A stretch of 64,000 nt of DNA from Candidatus Peregrinibacteria bacterium (GTDB lineage Bacteria; Patescibacteriota; Gracilibacteria; UBA1369; GCA-2718715), in assembly GCA_014240275.1 (NCBI GenBank), contig JAAZXH010000008.1, forward strand, positions 32,653 to 96,652, in the 5' to 3' direction. The position numbers and the translations under genes are program-made. Below the pieces are notes generated by a model. It did not search any database and was not told the DNA's origin. It saw only the letters and a list, made by a program, of their open reading frames with translations. Below, piece by piece: positions 51,031 to 60,920 of this stretch (the stretch's first letter is position 1; each line of letters begins with the position of its first letter).

Positions 51031-51837
51031 CTATTTAGTTAAAATATATACAGCAAAATTTTTCTCATATTTTAAATCAATCTTTTCAATAGTAAAACCT
51101 ACCATCGTAGCAAGTTCAAATAAAAGCTCATCATACAAATCATCACAATAATGCATATAAACATTGGGATCATCTTGCAATCCAATAGAAGCCTCTCTAA
51201 AATGTTGCGCAGGTTTTCGATTACAATACCAAATAATATCTTTTTTAGTATTTGTATCAAACCCAACATGACATTTAAAAGGCACCTCATCATCTTTATA
51301 CTTATCAAGTAAAAGCACACCCCCTGGTTTTAAAACATAATACAAGCCCTCTAATGCAGCCTTAAAACGCATACGCGCTGCAACCGAGTCAGCTTTAAAG
51401 GCTTTATTAATGTCACCAGAGGCATAAATAAAGGAATTCCCTCTATTAAAAATAAAATCATAAGTATTTTCAGCTAACATTTGGTTCTCAGGATATTCAG
51501 ACCACACAGATTCAATAACTCGAACATCAGTATTGAGCTTTTGGTTAATTTCAGATAAAAAGCCTTGTGCAAACTCAGGGTGTTTATCGGCAAAATCAAT
51601 ATTAAAACCATCTAAATATAAATCCTTTGTTAAAAAGCCTGAACCACAACAAGAGTCAAGTATACGAGATGTTCGATCTATGTTTTTAGAACGCAAGAAA
51701 TTTAAAATCTCAGCATAAAAAGAATCATAATCTGGATATAACTCATTATATAACGCTGCATTCCAAACCTTATCAAAACCGGTACCACCTAAATCAAAAT
51801 TTTGATAACCAGGGGAGCGATATTCACGAATTTTCAT
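51031..51837 (-). CDS. Class I SAM-dependent methyltransferase (glycine/sarcosine N-methyltransferase-like)
   Basis: RILDSCCGSG motif I, YDFIFNRGNSF, LKPGGVLLLD. Confidence 0.75.
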   Translation of the reverse strand: MKIREYRSPGYQNFDLGGTGFDKVWNAALYNELYPDYDSFYAEILNFLRSKNIDRTSRILDSCCGSGFLTKDLYLDGFNIDFADKHPEFAQGFLSEINQKLNTDVRVIESVWSEYPENQMLAENTYDFIFNRGNSFIYASGDINKAFKADSVAARMRFKAALEGLYYVLKPGGVLLLDKYKDDEVPFKCHVGFDTNTKKDIIWYCNRKPAQHFREASIGLQDDPNVYMHYCDDLYDELLFELATMVGFTIEKIDLKYEKNFAVYILTK

Positions 51838-51905
51838 AAAAAAATTAAAATTAAATTGATATATATATATATAACATAATACAATATAAATAGATAATAC
51901 TATAA

Positions 51906-52717
51906 ATGCAAGAAACGATCCAAAGACTTAAAAAACTCAACTTTGCAACAGTTTGCCAAAGCGCTAATTATCCAAACATGTCTGAGTGCTGGTCATCTGG
52001 GACCGCTACCATAATGGTAATGGGAGACACCTGCACCAGAGCCTGCAAATTTTGCAATGTAAAAACTGGCATGCCAGATAAATTAGACCTACTCGAACCT
52101 CAAAAAACAGCCTTTGCAATTAAACAAATGGATATTGACTACGTAGTGATCACCTCAGTCGATAGAGATGAACTTCCAGACCAAGGAGCCAACCATCTCA
52201 AAAAAGTTATCGAAATGGTAAGGAGATTCAACCCCAATATTAAAATTGAAATCCTAGCTCCTGACTTTAGAGGCAAAATTGAACTTTTAAAAATAGCCCT
52301 TGCTGCCAAACCTGAAGTTTACGCGCACAACATTGAAACCGTCAAACGCTTAACACCTAAAGTCAGAGATATTCGTGCCACATATCAAAACTCACTCAAT
52401 ATTTTAAAACAAGCTAAAGAAATTAGCCGAAAAATTTAACTAAAACATCTATCATGCTAGGACTCGGAGAGACACCAAGCGAAGTACTCGAAACCATATC
52501 AGACCTCAGACAAAATAAGTGTGACATAATAACCTTTGGGCAATACATGCAGCCCAGCCAAAAACACTATAAAGTTCAAAAATATGTTCCCCCTCAAGAT
52601 TTTTTATGGTACACTAAGATGGCTTACTGCCTTGGATTCAAATTAGCCTACGGAGGCCCATTAGTCCGAAGTAGCTACAAGGCGGGAGAATATTTTAAAC
52701 AAATACAAAATGCTTGA
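51906..52717 (+). pseudogene. lipA: Lipoyl synthase, frameshifted and missing one auxiliary-cluster Cys
   Basis: CTRACKFC, YVVITSVDRD and HNIETV, then a frame break at about 52436 before TKTSIMLGLGET...LVRSSY. The CX4CX5C motif reads C-QSAN-Y-PNMSE-C. Confidence 0.85.
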
Positions 52718-53810
52718 TCCAATTATATATCCGATCTTTGCAGAATACGCTAAACAACCATACCAAATGTATCAGGTGATGAATGAACAAGGGGAAATCA
52801 TAGGTCAAAAACCAGAAGGTATCGAAAATGAACAAATCCTAGAATTATATACCTGGATGAAAAGGATGGTAGCCTTCGATAAAGTATGTATAAACCTTCA
52901 AAGAACAGGTCGTATGGGAACCTACCCAAGCATTAGAGGGCAAGAAGCCTGTCAAATTGGCTCAGTATACGGATTGCTCGAAACCGACTGGCTAGTACCA
53001 ACCTTTCGCGAATCTGGAACTATGTGGTACCACGGAATAGACCCAGTACAAATCATGCAATATTGGATAGGTAACGAGAAGGGGTCTGAACACCCAAAAT
53101 CTAAAAACGTTTTACCAATTCAAATTTGCGTAGGAGCTCACTTACCACATGCAGTAGGTTTAGGTTGGGCAGAAAGACTCAAAAACGGTGAAAACATAGC
53201 CATATGCTCATTTTCAGATGGAGCTACTAGCGAAGGAGATTTTCACGCCGCAATGAACTTTGCAGCAGTTTACGACACCAGAACCATCTTTTTCTTACAA
53301 AATAACAAATATGCTATTTCAACTCATACCAACCTACAAACAAAAGCTGAGTGCTTTGCAGTTAAAGGCGAAGGTTACGGATTACCAAGCATCAAAGTCG
53401 ATGGAAACGATATTCTAGCGACCATTGCCGTAATGCAAGAAGCTCAAAAAATGGCTCGTGATGAAAACAAATCAAGCTTTGTAGAAGCAATGACCTACCG
53501 TTTGCTAGACCACACAACCTCAGACAACGCAAAGCTCTACCGAGAAGACTCCGAAGTCGAAGAAGCGAAAAAATTTGATCCAATTTTAAGACTAGAACTC
53601 TACCTAAAATTAGAAAACCTAATTAACGATCAAAAAATCGAAGAAATAGAAAAGAATGGTAGCAAAGAAGCGGAAGGTTATGCCGAAAAAGCTTTAGCAA
53701 GTGAAAACCCAGCACCAGAAGACATGTTTAAGTACTTACTTGCAAAACCCTATCCAGATCTAGTCAAACAAATGCAATCAATAAATGAAAATTTAAACCC
53801 AGCATCATGA
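52710..53810 (+). CDS. pdhA: Pyruvate/2-oxoacid dehydrogenase E1 alpha
   Basis: LQRTGRMG, GQEA, SDGATSEGDFH...NNKYAIS (TPP motif), TYRL..HTTSD. Confidence 0.9.
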   Translation: MLDPIIYPIFAEYAKQPYQMYQVMNEQGEIIGQKPEGIENEQILELYTWMKRMVAFDKVCINLQRTGRMGTYPSIRGQEACQIGSVYGLLETDWLVPTFRESGTMWYHGIDPVQIMQYWIGNEKGSEHPKSKNVLPIQICVGAHLPHAVGLGWAERLKNGENIAICSFSDGATSEGDFHAAMNFAAVYDTRTIFFLQNNKYAISTHTNLQTKAECFAVKGEGYGLPSIKVDGNDILATIAVMQEAQKMARDENKSSFVEAMTYRLLDHTTSDNAKLYREDSEVEEAKKFDPILRLELYLKLENLINDQKIEEIEKNGSKEAEGYAEKALASENPAPEDMFKYLLAKPYPDLVKQMQSINENLNPAS

Positions 53811-54784
53811 GCCAATTAAAAATAGTAGAGGCTCTAAATCAAGCCTTAGATCAAAAAATGGCAAAAAACGAAAAAATCCTTCTAATTGGTGAAGATATTG
53901 GTTACCTTGGTGGAGTTTTTAGAGTGTGCAAAGGATTAATTCAAAAATACGGAAAAGAACGCGTCTATGAAACCCCACTGACCGAGCAAGGAATTATAGG
54001 TAGCGCACTAGGGTTAAGCGTAAATGGATTCAAACCTATATGTGAAATCCAATTTGATGGTTTTATCTGGACAGGATTTGATCACATTATCAACAACGTA
54101 GCACGCCTTAGAACCCGCTCACGCGGCAGATTCACCTGCCCAATGGTCATTAGAGTGCCATTTGGTGGAGGCATTCACGCTCTAGAACACCACTCAGAAA
54201 GCATGGAAGCAATATTTGCACACACTCCAGGAGTGAGGGTTGTTATACCATCTGACCCATACACAGCCAAAGGCCTGCTGTGTGCCGCTATAGATTCCGA
54301 GGATCCAGTAATATTTTTAGAACCCAAAAGAGCATACCGTTCGATTAAACAAGAAGTTCCTGAAAAAGTTTATAAAATAGAATTAGACAAAGCCAGGGTT
54401 CTACGAGAAGGTAAAGATCTTACAATCATAAGCTATGGGGCAATGATGCATGAAACCAAAAAAGCTCTTTCTGAATACATCCAAACCCGAGCTATCGACT
54501 TTGAACTAATAGATTTAATCTCACTTTCACCTATTGACTACGAAACAGTAATCAATTCAGCCAAGAAAACCGGTAGAGTGGTAATTATTAACGAAGAAAA
54601 CCCTTTTTGCGGACTAGCAGCCGAAATGGCAGCCCGGATTACCGAAGACTGCTTTGAACAACTACAAAGACCGGTAGTACGCGTGACTGGTTTTGATACC
54701 ATCATTCCACTACTGAAAACTGAATACAACTATCTTCCAAGCCTCAAAAAAATCAAGGCTGGATTTAATCAAGCACTTAACTAA
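53807..54784 (+). CDS. pdhB: Pyruvate/2-oxoacid dehydrogenase E1 beta
   Basis: GEDIG..GGVFR, TPLTEQ, EIQF, EHHSES, PVIFLEPK, KTGR. Confidence 0.92.
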   Translation: MSQLKIVEALNQALDQKMAKNEKILLIGEDIGYLGGVFRVCKGLIQKYGKERVYETPLTEQGIIGSALGLSVNGFKPICEIQFDGFIWTGFDHIINNVARLRTRSRGRFTCPMVIRVPFGGGIHALEHHSESMEAIFAHTPGVRVVIPSDPYTAKGLLCAAIDSEDPVIFLEPKRAYRSIKQEVPEKVYKIELDKARVLREGKDLTIISYGAMMHETKKALSEYIQTRAIDFELIDLISLSPIDYETVINSAKKTGRVVIINEENPFCGLAAEMAARITEDCFEQLQRPVVRVTGFDTIIPLLKTEYNYLPSLKKIKAGFNQALN

Positions 54785-54789
54785 ATTAT

Positions 54790-55956
54790 ATGCAATTTAA
54801 ATTTCCAGACGTTGGCGAAGGAATCCACGAAGCAAAAATTGTTCACATAAACGTCAAAACAGGCGATAATATTGAAAAAGATCAAATTATTTGCGAAGTT
54901 GAAACAGATAAATCTGTGGTAGAAATCCCTTCACCATTCAGCGGAACTGTCAAAGACATCCCTCACCAAATAGGCGACACAATACACGTTGGTGACCTAC
55001 TTTTAGAATACGTAAGCAATGATCAAATTGAGACAACAAACCAAAAACCAGAAACACCAACCGCCCCACAACCAGAGCCTAAAAAAGAAGGTAACGTAGT
55101 AGGTTCTTTAGAAGACGCCGATAGCACTCCAGGGGATGGAACATTTGATTTTAGCTCATACACACCAGACACCCAAGCCGCACCTAGCAATACAGATCGT
55201 AAAGCAGAGTTAGCCGAAATTCAAAAGCATGAAACCGCAGAAGAAAAAATAGAACAATCAATAGATCCTACAAATAAAGAACAAACTCAAGCCACAACTA
55301 ATAACATTGAAAACTTAAGTGGCATCCGTAAGGTTATTGCCAAAAACATGCGCCAAACCAGAGACAACACAGTTACAGTAACTCACTTTGACGAAATAGA
55401 CGCCGATCGACTTGTTGCCAAACGTACCGAAATGAAAAAACAAGGGACTAAAGTCTCATACCTAAGCTTAGTTATAGAAGCCTATTGCAAGGCCTTAAAA
55501 GAATACCCCAACTTTAACGCAAGTTATGATCAAGCGAACGAACAACTCATAAAACATCCAGATGTAAACATGGCTATTGCAGTCGATACCGAAGATGGAC
55601 TCATGGTACCAGTCATACAAAACTGTGAAAACTTAAACCCAGTCGGAATAACCGAAGCAATAATTAACTTAGCTGAAAAAGCTAAGAGCCGGAAACTAAA
55701 TGCGAGTGACCAACAAGGCTCAACCGCATGTATAACCAACTATGGATCAATAGGCGGAAAATTCGCTACTCCAGTTTTAAACCCAGGCAACATAGTTAAT
55801 CTTGGAATTGGTAGCATGGAAGAAAAAATTGGATTTAAAGGAGAGCATATCCACTCACATACAATAATTCCAATCAGTTTTAGCTACGATCACCAAATCA
55901 TAGATGGAGCAGAAGCAGCTAGATTTATTAAAAGGTTAGAGGAATTAATTAATTAG
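54790..55956 (+). CDS. pdhC: Dihydrolipoamide acyltransferase E2 (one lipoyl domain, no recognisable subunit-binding domain)
   Basis: PDVGEG, VETDKSV (lipoyl Lys), GLMVPVI, ITNYGS, YDHQIIDG. Confidence 0.9.
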   Translation: MQFKFPDVGEGIHEAKIVHINVKTGDNIEKDQIICEVETDKSVVEIPSPFSGTVKDIPHQIGDTIHVGDLLLEYVSNDQIETTNQKPETPTAPQPEPKKEGNVVGSLEDADSTPGDGTFDFSSYTPDTQAAPSNTDRKAELAEIQKHETAEEKIEQSIDPTNKEQTQATTNNIENLSGIRKVIAKNMRQTRDNTVTVTHFDEIDADRLVAKRTEMKKQGTKVSYLSLVIEAYCKALKEYPNFNASYDQANEQLIKHPDVNMAIAVDTEDGLMVPVIQNCENLNPVGITEAIINLAEKAKSRKLNASDQQGSTACITNYGSIGGKFATPVLNPGNIVNLGIGSMEEKIGFKGEHIHSHTIIPISFSYDHQIIDGAEAARFIKRLEELIN

Positions 55957-56009
55957 ACCTTGACTTAATTAAGCGCGCATGTATAGTGCTGTTAATTTAA
56001 CCTGAAAAC

Positions 56010-56267
56010 ATGTACATCGTTAACATACCAGAAAATTTCTGGCAATATGAAAATGAAGACAGCTTTTTTGAAGACGTAAAAAAATGGATTAAAATCGGTG
56101 CAACATTAGATCAAATACAATCCACTTATTCAAGATTATTTCTAGGAAAAGAAGGATACGACATCAACAAAGTTATAAGTTTTTGGGACAAACTGAATGA
56201 TAATATACAAACACCAAGAGAAATACAATCAAATATTAAAGATCAAACAACGGACTTGATAGGATAA
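56010..56267 (+). CDS. Hypothetical protein (85 aa)
   Basis: Open frame with its own promoter-like TTGACT-N16-TATAGT and a downstream terminator. Confidence 0.55.
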   Translation: MYIVNIPENFWQYENEDSFFEDVKKWIKIGATLDQIQSTYSRLFLGKEGYDINKVISFWDKLNDNIQTPREIQSNIKDQTTDLIG

Positions 56268-56294
56268 AAAAAAAGGCCATATGGCCTTTTTTTT
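56267..56294. terminator. Bidirectional intrinsic terminator
   Basis: Palindrome A8-GGCCATATGGCC-T8 between convergent genes. Confidence 0.85.
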
Positions 56295-58086
56295 ATTTAT
56301 TCCGTTTTCTTTCGTTCTCAGTTAAATACTTCTTACGTAAACGAATAGTACTTGGAGTAATTTCAACATATTCGTTATCTTTAATATATTCGATAGCTTT
56401 TTCTAAATTGATTTCAATCGGTGGAGTTAAAGTTAACGCATCATCGGAACCAGAAGCCCTAACATTAGTTAACTTTTTACCCTTAGTAGGGTTAACTGTT
56501 AAGTCAGTACCTTGATTATGCTCACCAATAATCATACCTTCATATACGGCAGTTGAAGGACCAATAAACAAAGGACCTCGAGCCTGTAAATTATAAAGAG
56601 CATATGAAAGCGCAGTACCATTTTCACCAGAAATCATAGAGCCAACCTGACGCTTTTGAATAGGACCTACATATGGAGAAAAATGTGAGAATGCATGGTA
56701 AAAAGTACCTTCACCCTTAGTAAGTAATAAGAAAATTGAGCGAAAACCTAAAATACCACGAGTTGGACATTCAAATTCTAGCATTGTATTTCCATTTTCA
56801 GCTACCATATTCTTCATAATACCTTTACGTTGACCTAATGCTTCAATAATAGAGCCAGACATTTCATCTGGAACATTAATTACTACTGATTCGATTGGTT
56901 CATTTTTTACACCATCAATTTCTTGCATTAAAACTTCTGGCTGTGAAATTTGTAATTCAAAACCCTCACGGCGCATGGTTTCAATCAATACTGCAATATG
57001 CATTTCACCTCTACCAAATACTTTAATTGCATCAGAGTTTTCTTTTCTTTCTATTTTTAAACCTACATTAGTTTCAAGTTCCTTTTCCAACCTATCCAAA
57101 ATATGACGCGAAGTCACAAACTTCCCTTCTTGTCCAGCAAAAGGAGAATCATTAACCATAAATTCAATTGCTAACGCTGGTGGATCAACCTTAATAGCAT
57201 CTAAAGCTTGTACATCTGGGTTATTTGAAATGGTTTCAGAAACATAAATATCTTCAATCCCTGCAATACAGACAATGTCACCAGCCTTAGCTTCTTGAAC
57301 TTCGACTCTATCCATTTGGTTATAGGCAAAGATTTTAGTAACTTTGCGAGAACGTTTATTTCCCTCTAAATCAACTACTGTAACAGTAGAGTTTGCTTTT
57401 AAAACTCCAGAATAAACACGACCAATAGCTAACCTTCCCAAGAAATTATCATAAGCTAAACTAGATGGCTGCATCATAAAATCAGCATCTACATTTTGAT
57501 CAGCCTCCTTTACATTTTCTAACAAAAAGTCTAAAAAGGGATTAATGTTATCCTGAGGATCATTTAATTCACGTACCGCAACTCCATCTTTGGCAACAGC
57601 GTAAATATAAGGAAAGTCTAACTGATCATCAGAAGCTCCAAGTTGAGCAAAAAGATCAAAAGTCAAATCAACCACTTCATCAGGGCGAGCCATTGGTTTA
57701 TCGATCTTATTTATACAAACCAAAACATTATGACCTAACTCTAAAGACTTCTTTAATACAAATTTAGTTTGAGGCATAGGACCTTCATACGCATCAACTA
57801 CTAAAACTACAGCATCAACAGTTTTTAAAACCCTTTCAACTTCCGAACCAAAATCAGCATGGCCAGGAGTATCAACTATATTAATTTTATTACCCTTGTA
57901 GTTAATAGATGCATTCTTGGCATAAATTGTAATACCTCTTTCTTTTTCTTGATCGTTAGAATCCATTGCTCTTTCATCTAACCCCTTATGATCATCAAAG
58001 TTTTCTGAGGCTTTTAATAAAGCATCAACTAAAGTTGTTTTTCCATGATCTACGTGAGCTACTATGGCTACATTAAAAATTTTCAT
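56293..58086 (-). CDS. typA: Translational GTPase TypA/BipA
   Basis: [48 protein letters not shown]. Confidence 0.97.
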   Translation of the reverse strand: MKIFNVAIVAHVDHGKTTLVDALLKASENFDDHKGLDERAMDSNDQEKERGITIYAKNASINYKGNKINIVDTPGHADFGSEVERVLKTVDAVVLVVDAYEGPMPQTKFVLKKSLELGHNVLVCINKIDKPMARPDEVVDLTFDLFAQLGASDDQLDFPYIYAVAKDGVAVRELNDPQDNINPFLDFLLENVKEADQNVDADFMMQPSSLAYDNFLGRLAIGRVYSGVLKANSTVTVVDLEGNKRSRKVTKIFAYNQMDRVEVQEAKAGDIVCIAGIEDIYVSETISNNPDVQALDAIKVDPPALAIEFMVNDSPFAGQEGKFVTSRHILDRLEKELETNVGLKIERKENSDAIKVFGRGEMHIAVLIETMRREGFELQISQPEVLMQEIDGVKNEPIESVVINVPDEMSGSIIEALGQRKGIMKNMVAENGNTMLEFECPTRGILGFRSIFLLLTKGEGTFYHAFSHFSPYVGPIQKRQVGSMISGENGTALSYALYNLQARGPLFIGPSTAVYEGMIIGEHNQGTDLTVNPTKGKKLTNVRASGSDDALTLTPPIEINLEKAIEYIKDNEYVEITPSTIRLRKKYLTENERKRNK

Positions 58087-58138
58087 ATATATAAGTAAAG
58101 TTGTGTCAACTATACTAGTAGTTCAAGAAAATAGCAAG

Positions 58139-58801
58139 TCATCTACCGCTCAATAAAGACCTTTTTAAAAACTCAAACAATTCTCCTTCTTCTAACGATT
58201 TCTGTATTAACCAATCACCATTAAAAATGGAAGCATATCGAAAATATTCCTGCATATGTTCCAAATACATAATATTAGAGTCAAAATGCAAGCGATTAAA
58301 ATCAGAACAAAGTGCGACATAATGCTTAGGCACATATTTTTGCTCAAAAGAAATAAAATTTAAAATTGAATCCATATAAACATCAAATGAATAATCAGTC
58401 ACGTCATCAATAAAAGATAAGGTATGCATGGAAGATTCTAAAGCATAACGCAAAAGAGAATTTTGATTCTCTAAGCCCAAGTCACACATTGAAGTTTTCA
58501 AAAGAAACACAGGTGTCCGTTCCAATATATTTAATTCTTTAACTAAACCTACATTGATTTTTAAAACCTCTGGCGTAGAAACATACTTATAGATATCTGA
58601 AGTCCAGTGATCATATATTGAAAAAGACCGAACATCTTTAATTTGCAATTCAGATAAATCAATAATAACCAACCAAAGATAGTCCTGATTAAAATTCAAA
58701 ACTTCATTAACAAGCTCCGCAACTTTTGCAAAACGCAATTTGGGTTCAGAATCAGATACTAATAACCCCCCACCAATTCGTAGTACATTCAATTCATTCA
58801 T
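58139..58801 (-). CDS. Hypothetical protein (N-terminus weakly resembles the amino-acid kinase fold)
   Basis: 220-aa ORF; VLRIGGGL recalls the V-K-GGS strand of that family. Confidence 0.5.
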   Translation of the reverse strand: MNELNVLRIGGGLLVSDSEPKLRFAKVAELVNEVLNFNQDYLWLVIIDLSELQIKDVRSFSIYDHWTSDIYKYVSTPEVLKINVGLVKELNILERTPVFLLKTSMCDLGLENQNSLLRYALESSMHTLSFIDDVTDYSFDVYMDSILNFISFEQKYVPKHYVALCSDFNRLHFDSNIMYLEHMQEYFRYASIFNGDWLIQKSLEEGELFEFLKRSLLSGR

Positions 58802-58854
58802 AAGATTGCATATAGGCTAAGTATAACACAAGTCACAAAGCAAACATAATAAAA

Positions 58855-58929
58855 TGGCTCCCGGGGTCGGACTCGAACCGACGACCAATTGGTTAACAGC
58901 CAACTGCTCTACCACTGAGCTACCCGGGA
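58855..58929 (-). tRNA. tRNA-Asn(GUU)
   Basis: TCCCGGG...CCCGGGA-G-CCA, anticodon loop CT-GTT-AA, T loop TTCGAGT. Confidence 0.95.
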
Positions 58930-58990
58930 AGGCATGCTTTTTTCAAGCTTCAAAATAATATACAAAGATTTTAAGCTTTGCAAGCATTTT

Positions 58991-60103
58991 TTATACTTTT
59001 TTAAAACCTAACTTAAAAATTAAACGATGCACAAACTGATTATTTCTTTGATAAAGGGCGGTTTTAATTTTAAATTGTCTTGAAATAGGTTCAAGCTCGT
59101 AACCATATTCTGAAATCTTTCCAAGTAAATTAAAAAAGCTAGCATCAGAATCTGCAGCAATTTTAGGAAAAATCGGGTAACACATTACAAGTTCAAAATC
59201 TGATTTTGCTGCTAATGATAAATTTCTAAAAAAATCCAAATATAACTCAAAAACAGTATGCATTTGAGCTTTCAAAAAATTATCTGGCTCATTTCCATGC
59301 AATGGCTTACCTAAATATCCTTCAGAAATTAATGCGTTAAAATTTGGCACATCATTAAACTTCTTAGTCACATCTTGCATAAAAACATTCGATTGAAAAT
59401 TTAAACCAAATTTTCGTTGCATAAAAAATAGATTCTTATCTGTTCCTTCAATATTTTCTTGCTTATAATCAGACCCGTACACATTTTTAGTACCAGATAA
59501 AACCGCCTCCATTAAAAGGCTTCCCGTTCCACAAAACGGGTCATAAATAGCATTAGTATTAGTTGCTATATTTAACATCATCTGAGAAAGCTTTGGTGGT
59601 AACATACCGAGTTTTGCATCTCTATAAGGTTTCTTATAATCACGTATCGCATACTTCTTAGCATTTGCAATAAAAAAAGCTTCTAAAAAATAGACCTGAG
59701 ATTTAAACTTTAGAATATAAACAAAAACATCCTTCTTATTCTGAAAACGTACTGGGCGATAGTCAGTAGCCTTAAAGGCATATTTAAATTTAATATTATT
59801 AAAACCCACACACATCTTACGTAAATGATGAGGTTTCATAAAATTTGAATCTAATAAAACATGTTTCTTATCATCAGCTTTATCAAATCTAGATAAATAA
59901 CTCAAAAATTCTGATTCAGATTTAGCAACTATTCGGTAAGCAGCTCGAACTCCACCCATTGAATCATAAGGGAGATCATAAAATTTAGAATTATTAAACA
60001 AAAGAAAGTTATCATATAAGCACTTGCGATCAAAATCAATAAAATTACCAAGCTCAGCAAGTGATAAATCTAACTGATTTCCAAAATGAATAAAACCCAA
60101 CAT
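58991..60103 (-). CDS. TRM11/UPF0020-like RNA methyltransferase
   Basis: RDYKKPYRDAKLGMLPPKLSQMM, YDPFCGTGSLLME, GSD, ISEGYLG. Confidence 0.8.
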   Translation of the reverse strand: MLGFIHFGNQLDLSLAELGNFIDFDRKCLYDNFLLFNNSKFYDLPYDSMGGVRAAYRIVAKSESEFLSYLSRFDKADDKKHVLLDSNFMKPHHLRKMCVGFNNIKFKYAFKATDYRPVRFQNKKDVFVYILKFKSQVYFLEAFFIANAKKYAIRDYKKPYRDAKLGMLPPKLSQMMLNIATNTNAIYDPFCGTGSLLMEAVLSGTKNVYGSDYKQENIEGTDKNLFFMQRKFGLNFQSNVFMQDVTKKFNDVPNFNALISEGYLGKPLHGNEPDNFLKAQMHTVFELYLDFFRNLSLAAKSDFELVMCYPIFPKIAADSDASFFNLLGKISEYGYELEPISRQFKIKTALYQRNNQFVHRLIFKLGFKKV

Positions 60104-60236
60104 ATCCTAATATTTATTTATATAACAGCTTTTATACTAGGGTATTTAAGTGGATTTGTCTACCTAAGATTATCATTTGACCCGAAGCTTAAATTTGAAT
60201 ACAATTGCAATAACACGTAACAATTAAATTTTTACC

Positions 60237-60677
60237 ATGAGTATTACATTAAACAGAGCACAATTACTTGGCAATCTAACTCGAGATCCAGAATTGAGAT
60301 CAACACCAGCAGGAACTAGTGTTTGTTCATTCACAGTCGCAACAAATCACGCCTGGGTTGATCAAACAGGACAAAAAAAAGAAAAGGCAGAATTTCACAA
60401 TATTGTTGCATGGGGTAAATTGGCAGAAATCGTATCAAACTATTTACATAAAGGTGACAAGGTATTTCTTGAAGGTAGAATCCAAACTAGAGATTGGGAA
60501 GGAGAAGATGGAAAGAAAAACTACAAAACAGAAATAATTGCAGATAACGTAATCATGCTACCAAAAAACCGCCCCATGAATTCTGACGATCTAAGTAACA
60601 TGCAGCAAAATACTAACCAAAGCAGTCCAAGTGCTGAAAATAGTGATGAAATAAGTATAGAAGATTTACCATTTTAA
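60237..60677 (+). CDS. ssb: Single-stranded DNA-binding protein
   Basis: LNRAQLLGNLTRDPELR, FHNIVAWGKLAE, EGRIQTR, C-terminal DLPF. Confidence 0.97.
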   Translation: MSITLNRAQLLGNLTRDPELRSTPAGTSVCSFTVATNHAWVDQTGQKKEKAEFHNIVAWGKLAEIVSNYLHKGDKVFLEGRIQTRDWEGEDGKKNYKTEIIADNVIMLPKNRPMNSDDLSNMQQNTNQSSPSAENSDEISIEDLPF

Positions 60678-60682
60678 TAAAA

Positions 60683-60833
60683 TGGACTTTTATAAGGGTG
60701 ATAAACGAAAAAGTACTAAACCAGTAACTTGACCGGTAGATGTACTTATGACCACTTGTACTACGATACGAAAGTCGTAACCTTAGTAACCTAGCCTAGA
60801 AGTAGCTCCACCTACCACCCTTATAGAAATCCA
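60683..60833 (-). ncRNA. Putative ~150-nt structured non-coding RNA (rod-like; 6S-like or unknown)
   Basis: Exact inverted repeat TATAAGGGTG (60691-60700) / CACCCTTATA (60816-60825). Pairing extends far only on the minus strand, through G-U pairs. TTGACA lies upstream at 60864-60859. Confidence 0.65.
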
Positions 60834-60920
60834 CTTCCTATATTCCTACTTTACAATCTGTCAAAGTTCGTATAAACTATATTCAATTATAACCCATAGT
60901 ACTAACCAAGTCAAATCAAA

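Noticed and set aside
51859-51872. (AT)n run as a phase-variation tract
   Set aside because: It is short and lies in a nearly pure A/T intergenic region, so I cannot distinguish it from background.
52428-52445. Programmed -1 ribosomal frameshift in lipA
   Set aside because: The AAATTTA heptamer is phased to the destination frame, not the incoming frame. I see no stimulatory hairpin, and the gene has other lesions.
60682-60732. 16-codon + strand mini-ORF (MDFYKGDKRKSTKPVT), or a retron msr-msd / hammerhead reading of the hairpin
   Set aside because: Nothing supports translation, there is no reverse transcriptase nearby, and the hammerhead core is not intact (CTTATGA rather than CTGATGA).
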